This document shows positions 29,301 to 37,473 of a stretch of DNA of 58,790 nt, piece by piece (positions within the stretch are counted from its first letter, which is position 1; each line of letters opens with the position of its first letter). The notes beneath the pieces were generated by a model, which ran no database searches, was not told the origin of the DNA, and saw nothing but the letters and a program-made list of their open reading frames with translations. A program made the position numbers and the translations under genes. The stretch comes from a virus. Lineage: Duplodnaviria; Caudoviricetes. The stretch spans positions 1-58,790 of IMG/VR virus record IMGVR_UViG_3300028844_003404; one strand, 5' to 3'.

Positions 29301-32300
29301 TAGAGTATGGTAATAACTACGACACCACCAAAAATTTCATAACTAAAACCCAAACAACATCACTACTAAATACACCTTATTTTGCCAACGCAATCCTTAA
29401 AGGAGTAGAAAATGAAAAAAATGAAATAGAAAATCCATATGCGGTTTTAGGGTATTTATATTTAAATTCCTTACCTCTCACAACATTAAAAGAAAAATTT
29501 AAATCATATAGTAATAATGTTACAACAGATTTAAACTATATTTTTGCGACATTAAATAAATTTTCGTCAATACATAAAGTCCCTTATTATTGGATATTAA
29601 AATATGGTTCTATATGGTATAGATATAAAAAATATAAAGAGAGTGGTATTGATATATTAGATGATATATGGAAAGATTTTGATTATAAATTTGCGTATGA
29701 CCCTATTGGGGGTAACACATCTAAATCATATACTTTTGAAAATTATGATGGGGATAGCGTTACAATAAAACAATTAGAGGAGGAGTTCGGAACTATAGTA
29801 GAAGACATATCACCTATACCCAATGAGGTGTTAAACGTAACATATCCATACGTTAATAAGAAAGTAGAAAACGGATTTTACCCAAAGGTAATAAACAGTC
29901 TGTATTATTACTTCACTAAAAAAGATATTTTCACGACTTACACTTCAGATGAAATACAAAACGCTCAAACTGAGAAAAATTTAAAAATAGGTAATTCAGA
30001 TAATGGAAGTATAGATAAAATAATATCTAGTGGAGACACGAGAGGACAGTACAATATGAATAGTTGGTCTCAGTACTTTAATATAAAAGGAAATTATGAT
30101 TTTAGAGAAAATCAAGAAGATAAAATATTAATTGTACCATCTTTTGGTAGTGTTAAATTTAATCAAGCTCAGTTCGAATGTTTTAATACTCAAGGTAAAT
30201 ATAAACAAAATTTAACAACTAATAATTCCATTTATAATGGAAGTGTTAGGTCCTTTTGGGCGTCATCTAATTTCGGTTATTTCTCTAATGAAATGGTAAG
30301 CAAACCAACACCGTTACAATACATTAAAAATATAAATCCTGAAAATAGAAACGCGCAACCATTTAATATAAGTGATACGGATACCTCACCATACTCATCT
30401 ATAGATGATATATTCGGAGTTTTCACAAAGGAAATGTTGGATAATTTTGAGTCTTATTTCTTAAATTTTTGTGAAGTAGACACTAAATATAATATCGATA
30501 AGGTAAATAGAGGTGAAACTACATTTGAAGAGTTTTTAGAATTAAACTTTCCGGAATTGGTTGGGGATGATATAAGTGTAACCGACTTAAATAGAAAATT
30601 AGAATTAGAAAGGGTGTATAATAATGTGCCATCTACATTTAACGGGTTAAATGCTAACGAATACGATATTAATTTATCTACGGTTATGAAGTCCTTATTT
30701 ATTATAGATAAACCAACAATAACTAATAACATAGACGAGGACCTTAAGAATATAAGTGACGGTCAACTAACCTCGTTTTTAAATTATCACATTCAAAAAG
30801 CATTAAATCGTGAAATTGTATTAAAAATAGGAAATCCCGGAAAATATGATAACAAAGTTTACGGTTCAGTAACCACTGTTAGTAATCAAATGATTAAAGA
30901 CCCTTATGACTTCGGAACATATGTGGCAAATAGTCTACCCACACAAGGAGGAAGTACTAGTTTAGGTGAAAGCGAGGGAAACCACGCCGAGGCATGGAAT
31001 TCTATGTATCTAAATGTGGGGGAGTTTAATGAGGTAGGTTTTAAGTACGGTGATAATGGTTCGTATCTGACAGATTTTTTCGTAGACATGGATTACGAAT
31101 TCAACGAAAGTAATGTTGTAAATTTATCGTCTTTAATTAAAATATATGCGGCTAAAAAATCACAAGACAGTACGTATAATAAAAATAAATTCATAGAAGA
31201 TTTAAATAACTCACTAATAGATAAGGAAAACTTTCAGCAAAATATATTAAATGATATTTTCATTAAACTAAATAGACAATTACCTTCTGTTTCAGTTACT
31301 GATGATACATTTAGAATTTCAAAAATTGATGGAAACGTTCCTAAATTAGAACTATGGAAATCATTTCAAGTACTAAATGATAAGTGGATTGCTGGACAAG
31401 ATTTTAAAACGAGAACTATATTCGAAGACTTTTTATTTTTAGACCGAGCCAATAGACCTATCGGAGATAAAGTTGTAATAAATATTAAAGAACTTGAGGG
31501 GTTTTTAAGGGGTAGAAGTGATAAGACTACTGTATATTCTTTACTTGGGACAATATATGAAAAAAATAATTTTGTTTTTATGCCTACACCGGCATATACC
31601 AATTTCTATGGTAGAGATGATAGAGTAAAAAAAGGAGAACCATTCCCACAAGACATACCTAATGACTTGTTTGGAACATTCATGGAGGTAGATGCGAGAA
31701 ACAGTAGACCAAAAATGTTAGGGGTATGGATGGGACCACCATCGGAAAACTTAGGTATGGAACAAAATAAAAATGTTAGGAAAGGTAATGACTCATTTGA
31801 CATTACCAACCCATCAGACTGTCCATTGAGGGAAAATCAACAAAATAAAGACAATTATTCAGACAGTAATAGATGTGTAGGGTTTCAAGTAGACTTTGGT
31901 AAGAGAAATCAAGGAGTTTTTAACTCAGTATCTATTGATATGAATCAACATAAAAATATCGGACCAACATTTGGAGTATTAGAACAATTAGGTTCACAAG
32001 CGTCTGGTCAAAAAGTTGCGCAACAATCACAATCACTTTATAATTTTTATAAGTCTAGAAGTTATACATGTCAGGTACAGTCTTTAGGTAATGTTATGAT
32101 ACAGCCGACTATGTACTTTAATCTAACAAACGTACCAATGTTTTATGGACCATATTACATAATGAATGTTAGTCATAATATAAGTACAAGGGGTTTCGTG
32201 ACTAATTTTGAAGGAGTAAGGATGCCGAAATACTCATTTCCTACACCAGATAAATTAGTTGCTAGTGTAAACAGAGAGTTGTTAGGTTTATATCAACAGA

Positions 32301-32983
32301 AATTAAGGAGTATTGAAATTAATAACCCATCAGGAAAAACAAATAATATAATTGCGTTATCTGAAGCCAAAGATATTAGTCAAGTTCCTGAAGAGAAATG
32401 TAAATCACTAACTAAATTTAATGATAAGTCATTTGTTGATATGACACCGACAAAGGTTAATGGTCAAGAAGTTAAGGAGTATATAGATAACAACCAGTTT
32501 ACAAATAACAATTTAAAATCATTCATATATGGAATCGCGACTCAGAATCAAGCGGTCAGACAAAATGTGTATAATAATAATTTAATGGATTTGGTTACGA
32601 GCAGAGAAATAAGGCCAACACAAAGGACACAATATTTTAACTCTCAAACTTGTATTAGCGCTAACGAACAAGTTTTCCCTATTGCATCATTTTCAAGCAT
32701 TAAAGATTCATTAGATTTTATGAAAGCGACATTTAACCCCTTAGGTACAATACTTAGGGCTATAAACGAAGAGTTACAACTCACCACCACGATTAATACA
32801 ACACCTAAGGCTTTAACATATTTATACTTAGCTCAAGTATATGAAATTAACCCAATACAAGGAACACCACAACAGATTATTAGTATTGTAAAAACTAAAA
32901 TAAATAATAATACTGAGTATAAGTCTGAGTACGAAGAATGGTTAAATATATTTACATCGGTAGTTTCTAGGGGAGATATTTGA
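26351..32983 (+). CDS. giant baseplate hub protein (gp27/gpD/VgrG-like)
   Basis: 2210 aa; N-terminal GITNISVK...FTLTLKGYYG and C-terminal YTCQVQSLGNVMIQP...YYIMNVSHNI...FVTNFEGVR hub motifs; follows LysM gene. Confidence 0.6.
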   Translation: MADNKFFNNQDVYVETDYDNIIIVDPNRVVDSDGTVSERLVNQEELVMYANLETKVLPRSKLVVGSNFQDTIENIRIGALDQDKSTVINFMKPQTTDNGQSQTQDDYLDTSWTDNLTLGQNRGGDADSQMLGITNISVKVNASFAAIVSIEMEDVQGRVLFEQGENSPYSAFFQFPYPLFTLTLKGYYGKAIRYELMLKDFNARFDPSSGNYKISTNFISRTYAMLSDIPIEALFALPHMYSRTTTIGTDKSSNQTGQDTQEIRQIKSTKGYDTIKEVYSAYKAKGLIEDNFPELTINQMLLKLQNFERYVMEAYGKEDMSPLTEIQKYLNTINEYRNEIYGLFTGNWFSENIDNRVGLITTMPNSPILYPIKNNGGKNEKLQKRKDAISELESIIEKYNTKLNENPVFGTNGSAEVSGKKIETTLNCDIKISDFKRQKPTESEVDYENTFELRYKSTPTELELSDFKNNVIIKELAVPPMVVDAQTLEVEEDSVLNQYIIFGDQNSSNNLTKKSFLRKLEELQDNFETKKQQVEEAISYALAEKIKSPDVGLGFNPTINNVMAVICASADGFLRLMDKVHDDAWDKRKDPIRVGAIMSPEKSEGTETTMVNALLNGLSSFGTAEEDSPTVYPWPQYFVTSIDEEGNELYEDKYPGDTSEVNKVQGWKYSVWPEIQFVEEFVKGAVQIENQTLGYNYTNELKETPFISCNAIEFPFQGQPYGDLRVVSFFYELFERTFLNSNYTKLYRDSGYNNELYSVFGDFEYINLQESVVKSPELIELLKNFSFSYENLLKYMLNISNNGQGQSWNLFRRGDFTTPYIKSLIKQDFGVYKLSYLEGNSIKVSSSSESSNKLIKYLNSNQSDELTFTDGYPFNNLDWLQNNLSEGNKVNSIRISNDTSKMFSFNEDQKTIASFSNEDETYGKKMFSYFEWITNTSTSPNQEVSEMSPNPNNNSENIFETNNQVINYYNYRTKEKFVLTESTLEYGNNYDTTKNFITKTQTTSLLNTPYFANAILKGVENEKNEIENPYAVLGYLYLNSLPLTTLKEKFKSYSNNVTTDLNYIFATLNKFSSIHKVPYYWILKYGSIWYRYKKYKESGIDILDDIWKDFDYKFAYDPIGGNTSKSYTFENYDGDSVTIKQLEEEFGTIVEDISPIPNEVLNVTYPYVNKKVENGFYPKVINSLYYYFTKKDIFTTYTSDEIQNAQTEKNLKIGNSDNGSIDKIISSGDTRGQYNMNSWSQYFNIKGNYDFRENQEDKILIVPSFGSVKFNQAQFECFNTQGKYKQNLTTNNSIYNGSVRSFWASSNFGYFSNEMVSKPTPLQYIKNINPENRNAQPFNISDTDTSPYSSIDDIFGVFTKEMLDNFESYFLNFCEVDTKYNIDKVNRGETTFEEFLELNFPELVGDDISVTDLNRKLELERVYNNVPSTFNGLNANEYDINLSTVMKSLFIIDKPTITNNIDEDLKNISDGQLTSFLNYHIQKALNREIVLKIGNPGKYDNKVYGSVTTVSNQMIKDPYDFGTYVANSLPTQGGSTSLGESEGNHAEAWNSMYLNVGEFNEVGFKYGDNGSYLTDFFVDMDYEFNESNVVNLSSLIKIYAAKKSQDSTYNKNKFIEDLNNSLIDKENFQQNILNDIFIKLNRQLPSVSVTDDTFRISKIDGNVPKLELWKSFQVLNDKWIAGQDFKTRTIFEDFLFLDRANRPIGDKVVINIKELEGFLRGRSDKTTVYSLLGTIYEKNNFVFMPTPAYTNFYGRDDRVKKGEPFPQDIPNDLFGTFMEVDARNSRPKMLGVWMGPPSENLGMEQNKNVRKGNDSFDITNPSDCPLRENQQNKDNYSDSNRCVGFQVDFGKRNQGVFNSVSIDMNQHKNIGPTFGVLEQLGSQASGQKVAQQSQSLYNFYKSRSYTCQVQSLGNVMIQPTMYFNLTNVPMFYGPYYIMNVSHNISTRGFVTNFEGVRMPKYSFPTPDKLVASVNRELLGLYQQKLRSIEINNPSGKTNNIIALSEAKDISQVPEEKCKSLTKFNDKSFVDMTPTKVNGQEVKEYIDNNQFTNNNLKSFIYGIATQNQAVRQNVYNNNLMDLVTSREIRPTQRTQYFNSQTCISANEQVFPIASFSSIKDSLDFMKATFNPLGTILRAINEELQLTTTINTTPKALTYLYLAQVYEINPIQGTPQQIISIVKTKINNNTEYKSEYEEWLNIFTSVVSRGDI

Positions 32984-33002
32984 ATATTCCAAATAAACAA
33001 TA

Positions 33003-33010
33003 TATTTATA
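33003..33010 (+). promoter_or_regulatory. TATTTATA late-promoter-like motif
   Basis: 12 nt upstream of ATG 33023. Confidence 0.6.
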
Positions 33011-33022
33011 TAAAAAAGAGTA

Positions 33023-33247
33023 ATGAACATAAAAAATTTATTAGACACATACTTACAAAAGGATAGCCGATTAACTGAACGTGATAACGGAAATGGTTAT
33101 AAAGAAGTTTGTGATTTAGATACCGGAGACTGTTATACAGTAAGAATGAGAGACGGACTAATCGAAAGAGTGGATAATACTATGAAAGTAAATAAAACTC
33201 TAAGAGTTGAGACCCCAACGGGAATGAAGACACTACTAAACGGATAA
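33023..33247 (+). CDS. hypothetical 74-aa protein
   Basis: ATG after promoter motif; RLTE, VCDLDTGDCY, GLIE. Confidence 0.75.
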   Translation: MNIKNLLDTYLQKDSRLTERDNGNGYKEVCDLDTGDCYTVRMRDGLIERVDNTMKVNKTLRVETPTGMKTLLNG

Positions 33248-33259
33248 AATAAAAATACT

Positions 33260-33880
33260 ATGTCAGTAGATAAAAAAATATTAGAAGAAATAAAGAGACA
33301 TCAAAACATAAATAATTATGTTTTTGAGCAAGAAGAAAATTTAGACTTACCTGATGAGGGTGGTGAAGATATTGCACAAACAGATGACTTAGAAGTTGAC
33401 GAAGTTCCTGAACCTGTGGACGTAAATGATGACCCAGACGTTGAAGTTGTTAACGATGATGGTGAAGTTGATGTTACTGATGAAGGGGGAACCGAAGAAT
33501 TAGATATTACAGATTTAGTGACGACACAAAAAGATATATCTAATAAACAAGATGAGTACATGGATACTATGTTTAGTAAATTAGATGACTTAACAAGTAA
33601 GTTGGGGGAAATGGATTCTATATTAGACCGAATTAATAGTTTAGAAAATAAAATAGAGAAATATAGACAAAAATCACCTGAAGAAAAATTACAGTTAAGA
33701 AGTTTAGATAGTTACCCATATAATCAAAAACTAACTGATTTCTTTACCGATAAGCAAGACGAATTAGAAAAAACGGGTAAAAACGAATATGTACTTACGA
33801 GTGATGAAGTTGAAAGTTACTCCGATGGTAACATTAAAAAATCATTTGACCAACCGTTCGAAGACGAGGGTCTTATGTAA
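33260..33880 (+). CDS. acidic coiled-coil protein, possible prohead core/scaffold component
   Basis: Leader KKILEEIKR...VFEQEE, Asp/Glu-rich region, heptad segment LDDLTSKLGEMDSILDRINSLENKI. Confidence 0.6.
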   Translation: MSVDKKILEEIKRHQNINNYVFEQEENLDLPDEGGEDIAQTDDLEVDEVPEPVDVNDDPDVEVVNDDGEVDVTDEGGTEELDITDLVTTQKDISNKQDEYMDTMFSKLDDLTSKLGEMDSILDRINSLENKIEKYRQKSPEEKLQLRSLDSYPYNQKLTDFFTDKQDELEKTGKNEYVLTSDEVESYSDGNIKKSFDQPFEDEGLM

Positions 33881-33904
33881 TTAAGGGATAAAATATTTTT
33901 TATT

Positions 33905-33933
33905 AAAAAGAGACTTAATAGTCTCTTTTTTTT
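33905..33933 (+). terminator. intrinsic terminator
   Basis: AAAAAGAGACT-taat-AGTCTCTTTTT plus further Ts. Confidence 0.8.
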
Positions 33934-33944
33934 GTTTCTACTAA

Positions 33945-33975
33945 TTTGACTTAAGTAAAAAATCATTTATATTTG
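33945..33975 (+). promoter_or_regulatory. Bacteroidota sigmaA-type promoter heading the replication operon
   Basis: TTTG (33945-48), 19 nt, TATATTTG (33968-75); same octamer as the polymerase promoter. Confidence 0.72.
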
Positions 33976-34017
33976 TATAGAATAACAGATAAACATTTAA
34001 AGAAAAAAAGAAAAAAC

Positions 34018-34872
34018 ATGGCAAATGCACTCGACGCAGTACTAGCTCAGTACGACAAAAATGTCACATCTCGTGGTAATGGAGATGGAATGACACAAGA
34101 GCAACGGTTGAAGAAGTACTTCACTACGTACCTACCTAAAGGTACTAAATCTGGCCAATCTAAAATAAGAATACTACCGACGCCCGATGGTTCATCACCA
34201 TTTAAAGAAGTTTGGTTTCACGAGGTTCAAGTAGACGGTAGATGGGTCAAACTATACGACCCAGGTAAAAATGACGGGGAACGCTCTCCATTGACTGAGG
34301 TCTACGAAGAACTCATGTCAACGGGAAAGGAGTCAGATAAAAAACTGGCAATGCAATACCGACCTCGCAAGTTTTACATAGTAAAAGTTGTTGACCGTGA
34401 TAATGAGTCTGACGGGGTTAAATTTTGGAGATTTAAGGATAACTATAAGCAAGAAGGCATCTTGGATAAGATTATCCCAATTTGGAGAGCGAAGGGAGAT
34501 GTCACGGACTCTCAAGAAGGTAGAGACTTGATTGTCGAACTCTCAAAGTCTAAAACTAATTCAGGTATTGAATATACGGTAGTTCAAACTATTATGTACG
34601 ACGACCCGACATCATTAAGTGATGATGCTGATACGATGAAAGAGTGGATGGAAGATGAAATGACATGGTCTGACGTATATGCACAAAGACCTGTAGAGTA
34701 TCTTGAAGCGGTCGCAAGGGGAGAGACGCCTGTTTGGGACTCAGAACTTAAAAAGTTCGTTTATGGAGACAATACTACTGAAACGATTGGTGGTAATGGT
34801 GAAAACACAACAATTAAGGAAGAAAGTGACCCACAGTCGACCACTAAAGTCGATGATAACCTTCCCTTTTAA
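34018..34872 (+). CDS. single-stranded DNA-binding protein (T4 gp32-like)
   Basis: IRILP...PFKEVWFH, KFYIVKVVDR...GVKFWRF, EGRDLIV; ends DDNLPF. Start moved from TTG 33973 (inside promoter) to ATG 34018. Confidence 0.8.
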   Translation: MANALDAVLAQYDKNVTSRGNGDGMTQEQRLKKYFTTYLPKGTKSGQSKIRILPTPDGSSPFKEVWFHEVQVDGRWVKLYDPGKNDGERSPLTEVYEELMSTGKESDKKLAMQYRPRKFYIVKVVDRDNESDGVKFWRFKDNYKQEGILDKIIPIWRAKGDVTDSQEGRDLIVELSKSKTNSGIEYTVVQTIMYDDPTSLSDDADTMKEWMEDEMTWSDVYAQRPVEYLEAVARGETPVWDSELKKFVYGDNTTETIGGNGENTTIKEESDPQSTTKVDDNLPF

Positions 34873-34885
34873 AAATTACAAATGT

Positions 34886-34924
34886 TAATGGTGGGGAGGG
34901 TTCTATCCTCCCCACCATTATTTT
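34886..34924 (+). terminator. 14-bp perfect hairpin after SSB gene (terminator or mRNA stabiliser)
   Basis: TAATGGTGGGGAGG-gttctat-CCTCCCCACCATTA-tttt. Confidence 0.7.
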
Positions 34925-34936
34925 AATCAAAATAAG

Positions 34937-35941
34937 ATGGCAATTAAAAAGAAAGACTTTAAAGATATTAAGAAGAAATTTTCTTCATCAGCTAAGTTTA
35001 AACCTCAAAAGTTTTATGACTTAGGTACTGATTTCTTAGATGCGGTAGGAGTTCCTGGACCTGCAATGGGTCACCTTAATATGTTTTTAGGTCACTCCGA
35101 CACAGGAAAAACGACAGCACTTGTTAAAGCCGCTGTGGATGCACAAAAAAAAGGTATACTTCCCGTTTTTATAATTACAGAACAAAAGTGGTCTTTTGAG
35201 CACGCAAAACTTATGGGTTTTGAATGTGATGAAGTTGTTGATGAAGAAACAGGTGAGTTAGATTGGGACGGATTTTTCCTATTTAATAACAACTTTGAAT
35301 ACATTGAGCAAATCACTAATTTTATTAATGAATTGTTAGACGCACAGAGTAGTGGAGATTTGGACTACGACTTACTATTTTTGTGGGACTCAGTTGGTTC
35401 AGTTCCATGTAAGATGACATATGACGGTAAAGGTGGTAAACAACACAATGCAGCTGTTTTGGCAGATAAGATAGGTATGGGAATAAACCAAAGAATATCA
35501 GGTTCTCGTAGGTCAGATTCTAAACATGAGAACACACTAGTAATCGTTAACCAACCATGGGTCGAACTTCCTGACAACCCTTTTGGACAACCTAAAATTA
35601 AGGCTAAAGGAGGAGAGGCAATTTGGTTAAACTCATCATTAGTTTTTCTTTTTGGAAATCAAAAGAATGCGGGTACTACAAAAATAACTGCAGTTAAAGA
35701 TAAAAGAAAAGTAAAATTTGCAACTCGGACTAAGGTCTCAGTTATGAAAAACCACATTAATGGTTTAGGATATGAAGACGGTAGAATATTGGTAACGGCT
35801 CACGGTTTTTTACCCGGAAAAGACTCCTCGGAGGAAAAAAAATCCATCGAAAAGTATAAGGGAGAAAACGCTGAGTATTGGAAAGACATTATCGGTACAG
35901 GTAGTGATTTTAAGTTGGAAGAAGAAAGTTTAATCCTTTAA
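34937..35941 (+). CDS. recA: RecA/UvsX-like recombinase
   Basis: Walker A GHSDTGKTT, Walker B FLWDSVG, IVNQ...KAKGGEA, VMKNH. Confidence 0.85.
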   Translation: MAIKKKDFKDIKKKFSSSAKFKPQKFYDLGTDFLDAVGVPGPAMGHLNMFLGHSDTGKTTALVKAAVDAQKKGILPVFIITEQKWSFEHAKLMGFECDEVVDEETGELDWDGFFLFNNNFEYIEQITNFINELLDAQSSGDLDYDLLFLWDSVGSVPCKMTYDGKGGKQHNAAVLADKIGMGINQRISGSRRSDSKHENTLVIVNQPWVELPDNPFGQPKIKAKGGEAIWLNSSLVFLFGNQKNAGTTKITAVKDKRKVKFATRTKVSVMKNHINGLGYEDGRILVTAHGFLPGKDSSEEKKSIEKYKGENAEYWKDIIGTGSDFKLEEESLIL

Positions 35942-35951
35942 ATATTTTAGC

Positions 35952-36959
35952 GTGACTAAAGCCTTATTAGTGGATGGAAATAACCTATTTAAGATAGGTT
36001 ATCATGGAGTACGTGAGTATTATCATAAAGGTAATCATATAGGTGCTATATATCACTTTGTTAACACTTTACGTAAATTTATTTCAGAGTACAACTATGA
36101 TAAGGTAATTGTTTTTTGGGATGGAAACGACAACTCTATACAGAGGAAGAAAATTTTTGCAGAATACAAAGAAAATAGAAGGTATAATAGACTTAATGAC
36201 ATTCAAATGCAGTCATTTGAATGGCAACTCAAAAGAGTAAAAGAATATCTTGAGGAAATGTTTATACGTCAGGTTATAGTTGACGGTAATGAATCAGATG
36301 ATATGATAGCCCATTATTGTCATATATCAGAGGATGAAAACAAAACTATATTTTCTGCGGATAAAGACCTAACACAACTAATATCTGAAAAAGTACAAAT
36401 ATATTCTCCGACACAGAAACAAATGATTAAGTACGGGGATAAAGTTAAATTGAAAGATATTTCTATACCCCATCAAAACGTATCTACTTTTAAAATTATA
36501 TCAGGAGATAAGTCCGACAATATTGATGGTATTTACTATTTTGGTGAAAAAACTTTCGTAAAACTTTTCCCTGAGATAGTTGATTCTGTGGTCTCTGTTG
36601 ACGATATTTTAGAGAAAGGTGAAAAATTACACGAAAATGATAAGGATAACAGAGCACTACAAAACCTACTATCTGGCAAAACTAAGAGAGGGGTGTATGG
36701 TGATGAATTTTATGTTATTAATAGGAAACTTGTAGATTTATCAGTACCTTTACTAACTGAAGAAGCAAAAGAATTAGTTGAACTTTATTACTCTGAAGAT
36801 ATTGACCCTGAAGGTAGGGGGTATCAAAATTTGATGAGGATGATGATGGATGATGGAATATTCAAATACCTACCTAAAACTGACAACGCATGGGTTTATT
36901 TTCTTACCCCATTTATGAAACTAACAAGAAAAGAAAAAAGACGATTTAAAAAAAACTAA
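35952..36959 (+). CDS. 5'-3' exonuclease / flap endonuclease (T4 RNase H-like)
   Basis: LLVDGNNL, VFWDG, YKENR, ESDDMIA, SADKDLTQL, GDKSDNIDG. Confidence 0.92.
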   Translation: MTKALLVDGNNLFKIGYHGVREYYHKGNHIGAIYHFVNTLRKFISEYNYDKVIVFWDGNDNSIQRKKIFAEYKENRRYNRLNDIQMQSFEWQLKRVKEYLEEMFIRQVIVDGNESDDMIAHYCHISEDENKTIFSADKDLTQLISEKVQIYSPTQKQMIKYGDKVKLKDISIPHQNVSTFKIISGDKSDNIDGIYYFGEKTFVKLFPEIVDSVVSVDDILEKGEKLHENDKDNRALQNLLSGKTKRGVYGDEFYVINRKLVDLSVPLLTEEAKELVELYYSEDIDPEGRGYQNLMRMMMDDGIFKYLPKTDNAWVYFLTPFMKLTRKEKRRFKKN

Positions 36960-36978
36960 CTTAAAAAAAAATTAAAAA

Positions 36979-37434
36979 ATGAGTAAGGAAAAAAGTGAAA
37001 TGACTAAAATGGAGTTTCTTCTAACTCTTAATGATAACATCATTGTTCAGAGATATTATAATGTTAAAGGTTATAACAAAAACGCGAAAAATAGTTTTGA
37101 GTTGTACGAGACAGTCATGGGGATTCAGGAGGAGATTCATAACGACCTCAAAATGAAATCTATAACCTATATGTTAGACAACGAGTATCAAATTGCTGCT
37201 GACCCAAAAATTATGGAGACATCAATGACGGACGAAGCAGAAGATTTCAACGTATACATTAAACTAAATGAGGATGTAATATATCACCGCATTTGGGACG
37301 GAAAAGTATACCCACCCAAAGTAAGATATACTGTTGATGTAAGACCTCATTTGAAGTCTGTACTAAAGGCATTAACTAATGTTTTTTCTACTGACAAATT
37401 GACATACGAAATCGCTGGATATAACTTAGTTTGA
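36979..37434 (+). CDS. hypothetical protein
   Basis: 151-aa ATG ORF within the replication operon; no motif recognised. Confidence 0.75.
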   Translation: MSKEKSEMTKMEFLLTLNDNIIVQRYYNVKGYNKNAKNSFELYETVMGIQEEIHNDLKMKSITYMLDNEYQIAADPKIMETSMTDEAEDFNVYIKLNEDVIYHRIWDGKVYPPKVRYTVDVRPHLKSVLKALTNVFSTDKLTYEIAGYNLV

Positions 37435-37473
37435 TTATATTTATTAAGACACGTATTTTAAAAACTGATAAAC

